DNA from: an uncultured Bdellovibrionales bacterium
GTDB lineage: Bacteria; Bdellovibrionota_C; UBA2361; CAZKXU01
DNA length: 61,618 bases
Assembly (NCBI GenBank): GCA_964556665.1
Contig: CAZKXU010000006.1
Location: forward strand, 1-61,618
Direction: 5' to 3'
A program made the position numbers and the translations under genes. The notes under the pieces are model-generated. The model made no database searches. It had not been told where the DNA came from and was given only the letters and a program-made list of their open reading frames with translations. Positions within the stretch are counted from its first letter, which is position 1. Every line of letters starts with the position of its first letter. This document shows, piece by piece, positions 30,384 through 39,990 of the stretch.

Positions 30384-31994
30384 ATGATTGATAGGTTTTG
30401 TAAATTTAGAAAAGCTGCTATTGTCTGCTCAGTAGCGATAGTCAGTTGTGCATTTAATTGTTGGGCGCAAGGAGCTGGTGGAGCTATGCCAACACCTATT
30501 CCGAACTTTGTAGGTAATTCACCCGTTCCAGTGTACAGAAATGATGATCCGACTAAGCCTGTAATTTTCTATAAATATGAAAATGTTCCATACGGACAAG
30601 GTCTCAAGGATGCTTCTGATTCCACTGGATCAGCCTCAACTAAGGCATCAGAGCAAAAATTTGATCTTTACCTTCCTAGTGACTATGACACGCGGACTAA
30701 TATTCCAATAGTTGCATACTTTCATGGAGGGGGATTGAACAGTGACTCTAAAGATCTGCCAATGGCAAGCTTTGATGATGTGGGTTCATTAATGCTAATT
30801 GGATGTCGCAACCCTAGCAGTGCAGGAACTAAATTTAATTGTACAAATCCTTTAATACCTGCTTATGACGGGTTGTTGAGGAGGAGTGGTAGTAGTGCTA
30901 ACAGTGTGATAGTCGCCTCGTTTAACTATGGTTTTTACGATCAGTTTCGTAAGAATAGCGCCGGAGTTTGGACTAAAAACATCTATGATCACGATACAGC
31001 GTTAAATCATCGTTCGGTTATGGAGAACGATGCGTTGTTGGCTATCGAAGCATTGAGAAACAATGCTCCACTATTCAAAGGAGACCCAGATAGAATTATT
31101 ACCTGGGGTTATTCATCAGGGGGTCTATTAGCAACCTTAACTGCTTTGACCGATGGCACAGGTGTGCGTTGTATAGTTAATGAACAGGGCCAGCTAGGTG
31201 CAAATCCGCTAGATGAATTAGTAACTAACAGCCCTGATGCGCGTGAAGTTCGAACTGGTGGTGCACTAGATACATGTACCGATCCTGCAGATTATAAAAA
31301 GGCCCATGCAATTTTTGGAATGGATAAGATTGGTGATGGAACCTCACAAAGTCATCTGTTTTATACCGATCTGGATAATAACGGATTCCTATGTCCGATT
31401 GTTTCCTCCGGTGTAACGAGATGGGAGGCTCAGGTAATGAATACTCCTAGCTTAAAGAGATCCTACCTTGGAATGTCAGTCAACGTGCGATCAAATCAAA
31501 CAACTTTAACTGCACAAGGTGTTGACCCTTCGCTATTATTGAATCCGACTGGTCGAAAAATGTTTAGTGTACATAAGACTTCATTTTTTGATGGTGAGCA
31601 GTCAAAGCATAGGCATGAGGTTTCCACTCTAATGTTCAGAGGCGAGCGTCAGGAGGAGACTTGTGATATCAAAGGAGGTTCAGCTAGTTTATGTTCAAAT
31701 AGTCCGTATAATTTCCTTTGTACTACACCTAGTAATTCGCTACAGGGTCAAGGCCTTGTCCTAGAGGAGCGTTTCGGCGAACTATGCACTGGTACCAGTG
31801 AGTGTTCTTGTTATGATGGGATCCCCGACAATGACTCTACAGATGGTGTTGACTCCGTTCAGAATTGTAGAAATCCGATTACCACATCAACTGTAGCCAA
31901 TGAGGGGTATGTATGGGGTGCCAACGCGTTTAATGCCGCTGTCCAGTTTGTTAGGACTAATGCATTTGATTCGGCTGGGCCTTGTAAGTGGTAG
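30384..31994 (+). CDS. Secreted alpha/beta-hydrolase (esterase-like) with Cys-rich C-terminal part
   Basis: Signal peptide; DLYLP, YFHGGG oxyanion motif, GDPDRI..WGYSSGG nucleophile elbow. Confidence 0.78.
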   Translation: MIDRFCKFRKAAIVCSVAIVSCAFNCWAQGAGGAMPTPIPNFVGNSPVPVYRNDDPTKPVIFYKYENVPYGQGLKDASDSTGSASTKASEQKFDLYLPSDYDTRTNIPIVAYFHGGGLNSDSKDLPMASFDDVGSLMLIGCRNPSSAGTKFNCTNPLIPAYDGLLRRSGSSANSVIVASFNYGFYDQFRKNSAGVWTKNIYDHDTALNHRSVMENDALLAIEALRNNAPLFKGDPDRIITWGYSSGGLLATLTALTDGTGVRCIVNEQGQLGANPLDELVTNSPDAREVRTGGALDTCTDPADYKKAHAIFGMDKIGDGTSQSHLFYTDLDNNGFLCPIVSSGVTRWEAQVMNTPSLKRSYLGMSVNVRSNQTTLTAQGVDPSLLLNPTGRKMFSVHKTSFFDGEQSKHRHEVSTLMFRGERQEETCDIKGGSASLCSNSPYNFLCTTPSNSLQGQGLVLEERFGELCTGTSECSCYDGIPDNDSTDGVDSVQNCRNPITTSTVANEGYVWGANAFNAAVQFVRTNAFDSAGPCKW

Positions 31995-32022
31995 TAATTC
32001 ACTATAATTGAAGTTTGAGATG

Positions 32023-32049
32023 TGGGGCACGTGAGTGCTCCATTTTTTT
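32023..32049 (+). terminator. Intrinsic terminator
   Basis: tggggcac-gtga-gtgctcca followed by a T7 run. Confidence 0.8.
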
Positions 32050-32186
32050 CAAAGTATTCCTAAAAGCTAATAAAACATCGTAGTAAAGATACTTATTACA
32101 TCAGAAGGAATAGTTAAAAATACCGTTGGTATTATATTTGCTCTGAACGTATATTATCGTATGTTAGCCTACTCAGGGCAAAAGCA

Positions 32187-33659
32187 ATGCATAATAAAAA
32201 TATATTAGTATCTATATTATTAACAATATTCTTAAGTGCCTCATCAACTTCTTTTGCTGATGGGAGCGACATTTTTTACGAGATGAGTTCAGTCTATACC
32301 AGAAAGATGCCATCTCCAGCGATAATTGGCGTCTCTCCATATATCGTACCTCCTGCACTTGCGCAGAACGCGATAATTTATGATCAGATTTATAATGTCA
32401 CAAATGACGACTATGATTATCGCCTGCTTTATATTGATTCAGTCAACGATCAGATAAATAGTACTATAGTTGTTAATGATTTTGGTGGTGAAAGCCCTGC
32501 TGAAATAGAGGTCAGTCCTCTAGGTGGGAGTGGGGTAATGTTCAACTATGATCTCAATGATATATTGTTTACTAAAGATTCAGGGCTAACATGGTTTGAA
32601 ATCCTCCTTCCAACATCAAGTACACACACACTTATTGAGCCTGCCCTTAATTATTTTAACTTTGATATTGCTACTTTCGATAGTACAGGCAATCTGCAAG
32701 TTTTCTATTACTCCCATAAAACTAGTGGCAGCACAAAATATTGGCAGGCAAACCGCGCAGTTTTTGACAATCTCGGCAATTTGCTAACACATGAAATCTT
32801 AGCAACTCAGGATAGTGACTTTACGCAACCCTTAATAGTCGAAGTGACTAGAAGTTATGATAAAGTTTTTGCTTTAATGCGTCCATCTGACACCTGGACC
32901 GATGCTGCAGGCACAGCTTACAAATTTATTCCAAAAATCTATGTTTATGAGGATTCTACGCAGATTTTAACTGAATCAACACATATTGGCACCTTCCCCT
33001 CAGACCCAGATGCACTTTATTATAATAAATTGATGGCGTCGGGCCAACATTCTACAAGTAATAACTTGACAACTGATGGCCAGGCACTGTTTACCCTTAC
33101 TAGAACTACCGATAGTGCTGATTCCCTTGGTCCAAAGGAGGATGAGGAGATTAGAAGATTTGTATACAATAGTACCGATCAATTTTTCCCTGATCACGGC
33201 TCCGCACTAGGCACTATGCCTCTTTGCGACTTAAAGCAGCTACCAGCTTTTAGAATTAGCACCTTGATGACACGCACTAATAGTACAGATTACGATGGTT
33301 GGATAGAACACTTTGCCGCTTCATGGAATGCGACTACCTCAACTTTAGAGGTAGATATTATGTACCAGACCCCTGATGATTTTGAGTTTTCTAACCAAGC
33401 TCCTCTTGAGTTTAAGGTTGCTCGGATTACTGATCCCAATAGTAGTAGTCCAAGCTATGTAATAGATCGATCAAGAAACGACATAGACTGTGCAGGGTTA
33501 CAGGGAAAGAAGAATCCGGTTTTTTGCTTGATCTTTTCGAATAGTTTTAACAGTTCAATGGTATCTCTTGAAGGTAGTGTAGCTTCTTCGTTTAGCCAAT
33601 ATTTATATTTTTTCAATACCGGATTGGCAGCTAATCTTTTTGTTATAGATGTTTCTTAG
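32187..33659 (+). CDS. Secreted hypothetical protein, acidic and Ser/Thr-rich, possibly beta-propeller
   Basis: Signal peptide ending TSFA; one Asp-box-like TKDSGLTW. Confidence 0.7.
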   Translation: MHNKNILVSILLTIFLSASSTSFADGSDIFYEMSSVYTRKMPSPAIIGVSPYIVPPALAQNAIIYDQIYNVTNDDYDYRLLYIDSVNDQINSTIVVNDFGGESPAEIEVSPLGGSGVMFNYDLNDILFTKDSGLTWFEILLPTSSTHTLIEPALNYFNFDIATFDSTGNLQVFYYSHKTSGSTKYWQANRAVFDNLGNLLTHEILATQDSDFTQPLIVEVTRSYDKVFALMRPSDTWTDAAGTAYKFIPKIYVYEDSTQILTESTHIGTFPSDPDALYYNKLMASGQHSTSNNLTTDGQALFTLTRTTDSADSLGPKEDEEIRRFVYNSTDQFFPDHGSALGTMPLCDLKQLPAFRISTLMTRTNSTDYDGWIEHFAASWNATTSTLEVDIMYQTPDDFEFSNQAPLEFKVARITDPNSSSPSYVIDRSRNDIDCAGLQGKKNPVFCLIFSNSFNSSMVSLEGSVASSFSQYLYFFNTGLAANLFVIDVS

Positions 33660-33712
33660 CTCCTAGTCTGGCTGCATATTGGAACTAATTGTTAATGCGA
33701 ACAATCGATATT

Positions 33713-33750
33713 GTCCAATAAATAGTCCCAATAAATAGTCCCAATAAATA
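33713..33750. repeat. Three tandem GTCC(C)AATAAATA units abutting the left end of the transposase element
   Basis: gtccaataaata gtcccaataaata gtcccaataaata then gtctcagtgac. Confidence 0.9.
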
Positions 33751-33751
33751 G

Positions 33752-35107
33752 TCTCAGTGACGACGATAATTATAAATGAGTTGAAGTGAAATAGTGTAAG
33801 AGGCTGATATTATTGTCTGATAGATAGTAAGGCTAGTGAAGGAATAAGGGTGATAAGCAACAAACAGAGATGTTCTCCGAATACATAGATATAAGGAGAA
33901 ATCTATGGGCTATCACCCAAGAATTGAGAGTGAGAAGTTTGCATCATTTTTGACTACCAGAACTAGGAACTCAGAGCTCTGGTTTATCAACAACAAGCCG
34001 TTAGAGATGGCGGTGTTAGGATATGCCGCAAAGTATGCCGAACGTTATGAAGTAAAGCTATACGCCTTGGCTATAGAGGGGAATCATACCCAAGGCCCAG
34101 CACATTTTCCAAAGTGCAATCGATCACACTTTATGAGAGATCTAAACTCGTCCATAGCACGAGCCGTGAAGCGCCTTACTCCGGAGTATCCTGGAGGCAG
34201 ATTATGGGGACGACGATACTCCGCCGAATTTATGCCTGGGGAGGAAGATATTGAAGATCGCTTCTTCTACACAGTATTGCAGCCTGTGCAGGATGGTCTT
34301 GTGGAGAAGATATCTGAGTACCCCGGATATAACTGTTTTCATGATGCTATTCATGGGATTAAGCGAAAGTTTAAGGTACTAAAAATTGGTGCGTATAATG
34401 ACGCTAAACGCTTTAATCCACAGATTCCCATTAAAGATTACATTGATACGGTGACGTTAGAATATGCAAGACTTCCAGGTTACGAAGATCTGACACAAAG
34501 TGAATATGCTAAATTGATGCAAAAAAAGTTTGAGGAGCGTCGGGTTAAAATTGTTGCTGAGCGTTATAAAGCTGGCAAGGGTTTTGCTGGTAAGGAGAAT
34601 TTGCTAAAGACCGAGCGCGGAGCCAAGCCTAAGAGTACAAAAACATCCACCTCTACTAGCCATCGCCCACGGGTTCTTTCTGTATGCCCTAAACGCTTAC
34701 AGGCATGTAAACTTTGGTACTTTAAAATTTATTTCGATTATAGGGATGCTTCAAAGCGTTATCGCGAAGGGAAGGATGAGGTAATCTTTCCGGATGGTAC
34801 ATATAAACCTTACCGATCTCTCAATCCTTTTTGGAGTGATGGGGCACCGCCTAAGACATAATTCAAAATCTCAGCGCCACTGATTAGCCTGATCGGCAAC
34901 ATGAAATCTAAATTGACGACTTCTCAGGCTCGCCTGGTGTGGGTGTATGCGTTCATCTAAAAATCTACAGGTATAACCAGTATTGATCCTGAAATTAACA
35001 CCTTGCTAGCAACTTATTAAGACAAATACTGATAATTTATCGGTTGCACTATTTTTCGCATCACCAAATACTTACTCAATCGATCGTTGTTATCGGTGTC
35101 ACTGAGA
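33752..35107 (+). mobile_element. Element carrying a RAYT-like Y1 transposase, bounded by 18-bp inverted repeats
   Basis: Left TCTCAGTGACGACGATAA (33752-33769); right TTATCGGTGTCACTGAGA (35090-35107); 16/18 match. Confidence 0.8.
33905..34861 (+). CDS. Y1/HUH transposase (IS200/RAYT-like) with variant motifs
   Basis: FLTTRT, LYALAIEGNHTQ (HUH-like), FMRDLNS, G.LW.RRY, YTVLQPVQDGLV (Y1 helix), C-terminal FPDGTY. Confidence 0.82.
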   Translation: MGYHPRIESEKFASFLTTRTRNSELWFINNKPLEMAVLGYAAKYAERYEVKLYALAIEGNHTQGPAHFPKCNRSHFMRDLNSSIARAVKRLTPEYPGGRLWGRRYSAEFMPGEEDIEDRFFYTVLQPVQDGLVEKISEYPGYNCFHDAIHGIKRKFKVLKIGAYNDAKRFNPQIPIKDYIDTVTLEYARLPGYEDLTQSEYAKLMQKKFEERRVKIVAERYKAGKGFAGKENLLKTERGAKPKSTKTSTSTSHRPRVLSVCPKRLQACKLWYFKIYFDYRDASKRYREGKDEVIFPDGTYKPYRSLNPFWSDGAPPKT

Positions 35108-35161
35108 AAATATTAGGAAGAAAATATTAGGAAAATATTAGGGGGGAAGGAAAATATTAGG
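35108..35161. repeat. Four (A)AAATATTAGG units plus short GG/AAGG fragments abutting the right end of the element
   Basis: actgaga aaatattagg aag aaaatattagg aaaatattagg gggg aagg aaaatattagg. Confidence 0.9.
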
Positions 35162-35248
35162 GAGCGGCATAGTTGTTTGTTAATTCACTCTTCTGAAGCC
35201 TTTTCCCACTGCCTTGCCACAACAGCACACATCTGCTATTAGATCGCC

Positions 35249-36796
35249 ATGAGAGATTCAGTTTTAATTCTAGATTTTGGCTCACAATTCACCCAACTTA
35301 TTACACGCCGCATTCGCGAGCTAGGACTTTTTAGTGAGATAAAGCCCTGTCATATCTCCCCTGATTCAGTTGATACCTCCAAGATCCAGGCACTTATCCT
35401 GTCCGGAGGACCTGCCGGTGTAACCGATAGTGATGCACCGAAATTCGATCGTCGTTGGTTAGAGCTCGGATTACCTACGCTTGGGGTATGTTACGGTATG
35501 CAGTTAATCTCCCATATCTTTGGAGCAAAGCTTGGTAAGGGAGCAGCGCGGGAATACGGACGCGCAACTCTAGAAATAAAAGACAACACAGATCTTTTTA
35601 GCTCCTTTGATTTAGGTGAGAAAACCACAGTCTGGATGAGTCACGGAGATCATGTCGAAACGGTAGCACCTGGATTTACATTATTAGCAAGCTCTAAGAA
35701 CTGTGAGGTTACTGCTATCGCAGATCGTGAGCGTAAGATCTATGCAGTGTTGTTCCACCCGGAAGTAGTGCATACGGCTCGCGGCACTGACTTACTTTCC
35801 AATTTTATATTCAAGATAGCTAAGCTTAAAAAGAACTGGAGCTCGGAAGGGTTTATAGCAGATAGCGTGGAGAGGATACGCAATGCTGTTGGTTCTACTA
35901 ATGTAATCTGCGGCTTGAGTGGTGGTGTAGATTCAAGCGTCGCAGCAGCCTTAGTTTCCAAGGCCATTGGTAATCAATTACACTGTCTATTTATAGATAA
36001 TGGATTGCTGCGTAAACATGAGGCTCAGGAGGTAATGGATAGACTGGGTAGCTCAGGACTAGGGCTAAACGTTAAATTAATTGATGCTTCGAGTAGGTTT
36101 CTTAGTGAGCTAAAAGGGGTCACTGATCCTGAGAAAAAGCGTAAGATTATCGGACGGGTTTTTATTGAGGTCTTTGATGAAGAGGCCCATAAAATTTCAA
36201 ATGTTACACATCTTGTTCAAGGCACGCTATATCCCGATGTGGTTGAAAGCATGTCGGTGCGCGGCGGACCATCAACAACAATCAAAACTCACCATAATGT
36301 AGGCGGCCTGCCAGAGAAAATGAAGTTAAAATTGATAGAACCTTTCCGAGAACTTTTCAAAGATGAAGTACGACGACTCGGTGCCGAATTAGGTATCAGT
36401 GATGATATTCTTTATCGTCATCCTTTTCCTGGGCCAGGTTTGGCAGTGCGTGTTCTAGGAGACATAACGCCAGAACGACTAAAAATTACCCGTGATGCTG
36501 ATGCTATATTCATTGAGGAGCTCCGCGCCGAGGGACTCTATCGCAGTATCTGGCAGGCCTTTGCTGCTTTACTGCCAGTTCAGTCCGTAGGAGTGATGGG
36601 GGATGGTAGAACCTATGAGCAGGTAGCTGCGCTGCGAGCAGTTTATTCTGAAGACGGAATGACCGCCGATTGGGTGGATCTTCCTGTCGCCCTCCTAAAG
36701 CGTGTTAGCAGTCGCATCATTAATGAGGTCAAAGGGATTAACAGGGTAGTATATGATATTTCAAGCAAGCCGCCCTCCACTATAGAATGGGAATAG
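35249..36796 (+). CDS. guaA: GMP synthase (glutamine-hydrolysing)
   Basis: [44 protein letters not shown]. Confidence 0.97.
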   Translation: MRDSVLILDFGSQFTQLITRRIRELGLFSEIKPCHISPDSVDTSKIQALILSGGPAGVTDSDAPKFDRRWLELGLPTLGVCYGMQLISHIFGAKLGKGAAREYGRATLEIKDNTDLFSSFDLGEKTTVWMSHGDHVETVAPGFTLLASSKNCEVTAIADRERKIYAVLFHPEVVHTARGTDLLSNFIFKIAKLKKNWSSEGFIADSVERIRNAVGSTNVICGLSGGVDSSVAAALVSKAIGNQLHCLFIDNGLLRKHEAQEVMDRLGSSGLGLNVKLIDASSRFLSELKGVTDPEKKRKIIGRVFIEVFDEEAHKISNVTHLVQGTLYPDVVESMSVRGGPSTTIKTHHNVGGLPEKMKLKLIEPFRELFKDEVRRLGAELGISDDILYRHPFPGPGLAVRVLGDITPERLKITRDADAIFIEELRAEGLYRSIWQAFAALLPVQSVGVMGDGRTYEQVAALRAVYSEDGMTADWVDLPVALLKRVSSRIINEVKGINRVVYDISSKPPSTIEWE

Positions 36797-36975
36797 AAAG
36801 CTGGACAAAATCCATAACGCATAACGGAGAGACAATAGAGATTACCTTTATTAGACGCCCTTTTAGAGAGGGGCTAGAGGCTATTGCGCGCTTTAGAGGG
36901 AAGGAGGTGCGCATTGCTGAGTTGGGTTTAGGGGAGAATGCCTTGATTGAAAGAATTATTAAGGAACTGAGTTGA
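36787..36975 (+). CDS. Small hypothetical protein overlapping the guaA stop
   Basis: 62-aa ORF with a 10-nt overlap; ends just before a REP doublet. Confidence 0.5.
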   Translation: MGIESWTKSITHNGETIEITFIRRPFREGLEAIARFRGKEVRIAELGLGENALIERIIKELS

Positions 36976-37002
36976 TTAAGCAAAAGTTACATTAATCATA
37001 AG

Positions 37003-37078
37003 ACTGGGACCGCGGGCTTCCAGCCCGCTACGAAATACTATCAAATGAGTCTGCGGGCAGGATGCCCGCGGTCCCAGT
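37003..37078. repeat. 76-bp REP doublet
   Basis: actgggaccgcgggcttccagcccgc ... gcgggcaggatgcccgcggtcccagt. Confidence 0.88.
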
Positions 37079-37163
37079 TCTACAGGTTTTGAGGTGCAAA
37101 TAAGCTAATTTCATAATCTTCCCTATCGAGTTTAAGCTTGAGGTGTAATATAATACAAGTGAT

Positions 37164-38087
37164 ATGCGCATCATCTCCTTATCTCCATTTATCACCGAAA
37201 CAATCTTTACCCTAGGCCTTGAAACTTCCCTAGTTGGCATTAGTCATGATGTAGAATACCCCAAAGGTGTGGAGAAGATTAAATGGATTACGGTCGATCG
37301 TAATGCTGCGCCAACATGGAAGAAGAGAGACACACTGCTAGAGACAAAGCTTGCAAGCGGATTAGTGGATCTAGACTTAATGGCATCACTTAAGCCAGAT
37401 ATAATACTTACATCGCTGGATCCAACTGATGGTGGTGCTCTACTTAACCAGCTTCGCAATAATCTGTCCTCGATATTTGAGACAGTCCCCAAATTATTAT
37501 CCTTCTTCCCTACTAATTTAGATAAGATTTATGAGAGTTTTGCACGGCTGGGGAAGGAGCTAGGTGCGGCTACTCAAGGCCATGAGTTGGCCTCACGGGT
37601 ACGCGCTCAGTTTATGGATTGGGCAGATAACTTTTATGATCGTACAAAGAATAAGAAAGTATCATTTATAGGTGGATACAATCCGCTCTTATTATCCGGA
37701 CTTTGGATCCCTGACATGATTAAAACAGCCTCAGCCGTAAGTCACAATCCAAACTCAGGCGAGGGTGCACTAGCTATCGGATGGGAGGACCTTGTTAGTT
37801 TTAAACCTGATGTAATTATTTTTGCCCCTCATAACAGAGACCTCACCGGTTCTATGAAGCTGTTAGGAGAGTTAGAGAAGTTGCCGCAATGGGAGCAGGT
37901 TCCTGCGGTGAAACGAGGAGAGTTCTTTTTTGTAGATGGGAGGCTTTTTATCTCTCCTGGACCACGAATAATAGAGGCTATGTCTATAATCGAATCAGCG
38001 ATAGCTGGAATTGATAGTGGTTATATAAGTGCAAGGGGCTCCTTTCAGCGGCTTAGATATGTTGAGTTGCATCGGCATAAGTTGTAA
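37164..38087 (+). CDS. BtuF/TroA-like substrate-binding-fold protein without signal peptide
   Basis: MRIISLSP..TE.IF.LG...LVGIS, LKPDIIL, W.QVPAVK.G, PGPRI. Confidence 0.8.
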   Translation: MRIISLSPFITETIFTLGLETSLVGISHDVEYPKGVEKIKWITVDRNAAPTWKKRDTLLETKLASGLVDLDLMASLKPDIILTSLDPTDGGALLNQLRNNLSSIFETVPKLLSFFPTNLDKIYESFARLGKELGAATQGHELASRVRAQFMDWADNFYDRTKNKKVSFIGGYNPLLLSGLWIPDMIKTASAVSHNPNSGEGALAIGWEDLVSFKPDVIIFAPHNRDLTGSMKLLGELEKLPQWEQVPAVKRGEFFFVDGRLFISPGPRIIEAMSIIESAIAGIDSGYISARGSFQRLRYVELHRHKL

Positions 38088-38098
38088 AAGATAAGTAT

Positions 38099-38506
38099 AT
38101 GTCTACACGCGCAACCTGGCTACAAACGCCACTTAACGATACCGCGTCATTAGAGCGCTTAACTGCAGAGCGTCTAAAGTCACGATTTCATTCCGGCTCC
38201 ATTAATCTTGAGGAATACAACTCAGTTACTGAGATGAAGCGTACTTTATTTAGTGGAGCATTAAAGCTTGGTCCGCAGGAGCTTGAGAATCTTAGAAAAT
38301 TATGTCAGCTCTGGGATATTGATATAAGGCCGGTAGAAGTTACCTCACACCGCAAATTTATCGGACCATTTATAGTACTAGGCAAAAAGATAATCTATCC
38401 GATCTTAAGAGTTCTATTAAAGGATCTCCTGCGCCAACAGCGGGAATTTAATGCGACTAGCTTAAGTATGATTGCTTATCTTATAAAAGATAAAAACGCC
38501 CAGTAA
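38099..38506 (+). CDS. Hypothetical protein
   Basis: ORF track; 11 nt after the upstream gene; SHR..IG..IV..KK...LL..Q.EFN amphipathic segment. Confidence 0.7.
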   Translation: MSTRATWLQTPLNDTASLERLTAERLKSRFHSGSINLEEYNSVTEMKRTLFSGALKLGPQELENLRKLCQLWDIDIRPVEVTSHRKFIGPFIVLGKKIIYPILRVLLKDLLRQQREFNATSLSMIAYLIKDKNAQ

Positions 38507-38531
38507 GGAAACATATATTTTTCCTAACCTC

Positions 38532-38828
38532 CTAATTGAAGATTATTTTTGCCTCTGTTCGTTTCTGGATCTCATCTTTTTGGATACCTGGTGCTAGTGC
38601 TCCTCCAAATAAGTTTTTTCACGTCTAGCATCACATCGTTGCCCCACCTTGTCACGCTTCTCAGTCGGAAAATCCTCGCAATACTCCAGTATTGCTGCGG
38701 ATTTCCTCCTTCCGAGGCGTGCCAATCTGGGGCAACGCTGCGCGCTATACGTGAAAAAACTTATTTGGCGAAGCACTAGTTCGATCAGCTTTAATCCTCC
38801 AGCAACTACTTTGCGAGATCTCCATCTT
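38532..38828 (-). pseudogene. Degenerate duplicate of the scoB 3' end, interrupted by a MITE and internally deleted
   Basis: 38532-38597 and 38776-38809 match 43332-43427 (RTEAKIIFN* vs RTEAKLIFN*); 38813-38828 matches 43624-43639. Confidence 0.88.
38594..38779. mobile_element. Palindromic MITE flanked by duplicated CTAG
   Basis: ctagtgctcctccaaataagttttttcacgt ... acgtgaaaaaacttatttggcgaagcactag; central gcaatact-cc-agtattgc lies on the symmetry axis; removing it restores continuous scoB sequence. Confidence 0.88.
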
Positions 38829-38878
38829 TGCATTCAGCCCAAAAAATTCTCACCCAAAAGATTTTCCCCAAAAAACTT

Positions 38879-39151
38879 TCTCAGTGACAACGCTTACGGT
38901 TGTTATAGTTGAGTTGATTTCAAAGCAGCAGAAAATATGAATTACTTCAGGGAATAAGGTCAAATCTAGTCGCCAATATCTTACGTGCTTTAGAGAAAAA
39001 TATGCTTTGAAGGCATATTTTAAGGCAAACATAGCTCGCTAACTGGCTTAATACTTAGCGCTAATATTCTGTATATATTGGGTTTTTAGTCACCAGCTTA
39101 AGTGATTTAAAATCTACAACTTTTATTAGGAGGTTCGCAATGTCAGTGAGA
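38879..39151. mobile_element. Non-autonomous 273-bp element with the same end motif as the transposase element
   Basis: Left TCTCAGTGACA, right TGTCAGTGAGA; both flanked outward by GG-terminated short repeats (38838-38878; 39152-39177). Confidence 0.72.
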
Positions 39152-39377
39152 CAAGGTGCTAGGGTGCTAGGTGCTACGAAATATTAGTATAAAATTCCAA
39201 ATAATACCTATGAACCATATTGTGCAATTCCCATGACCTTACTTTAGAGAGATTTTTATCTAATTTAATTAAAAGCTAAATTTTAGGTAACTCATCTTCT
39301 CATTTTTATAATAACAATATTAACGGTCGCTTGTTATAGAAAAACATTTGACCAATTTATTATTCTAGAGGTTTTAT

Positions 39378-39791
39378 ATGCGTAATTTACTTTGTCTTGC
39401 TCTTTCAATAGCAGTTGTACTACCAATAGTTGCATCTGCTCAAATAGCACCTGGGTTTAATATTAAGCGACTTGAAAAGCGGCTGCAGACAGATGGTTTT
39501 ATCAATGGTAAAAATTGTTATTGGCGCTTGACCAATGAAGTGAGAGTCTCAGCCGGTGCTAACGACCTCAAAATTATTCATAATATTTCATGCAATAGTG
39601 GCGATCTGTTCTATAGTAGTAATTTCTATCAAACAAGAGGAGGATCACTGAAAATTCTAGATGGAGGCGGCGATTTTACTGGTTCAGGTTATTTACCTGA
39701 GGGTAAAAACCATACTATATATGTAACTAATTTGGATCCTAGTAACGATGGGTATTTAGAATTTTCAGCTCTTTGTTGCCCAATATCGTAA
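39378..39791 (+). CDS. Small secreted hypothetical protein
   Basis: gagg RBS, signal peptide ending ASA, hairpin after the stop. Confidence 0.72.
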   Translation: MRNLLCLALSIAVVLPIVASAQIAPGFNIKRLEKRLQTDGFINGKNCYWRLTNEVRVSAGANDLKIIHNISCNSGDLFYSSNFYQTRGGSLKILDGGGDFTGSGYLPEGKNHTIYVTNLDPSNDGYLEFSALCCPIS

Positions 39792-39805
39792 GTCTTGTTA
39801 ATAAG

Positions 39806-39833
39806 CCTAAATCCGGTTAAGGCCGGGTTTAGG
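39806..39833 (+). terminator. Hairpin, probable terminator
   Basis: cctaaatccgg-ttaagg-ccgggtttagg; weak U-tract. Confidence 0.5.
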
Positions 39834-39990
39834 TACTTCCGGGAACTGGCGCCAGGCAACTTATTAAATGCTGCTGAAATATCAAAAGATATTTGTAGGT
39901 GAAGTAACGATTATTCCAAAGAGAGGCTCTATTTGTTAGCCATTAATTATTTCAAATGGTTGAAGCCTGATATTTTAAGTAACTTAAAAA

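Noticed and set aside
33713-35161. Short repeats interpreted as a CRISPR array or target-site duplication
   Set aside because: Units are 10-13 bp without spacers, no cas genes are present, and left and right units differ.
36760-37000. guaA 3' end as an island attachment site
   Set aside because: No integrase or repeated guaA 3' sequence noticed downstream.
38549-39032. Several 60-87 aa ORFs in the track
   Set aside because: By-products of the scoB remnant, the palindromic MITE and the mini-element.
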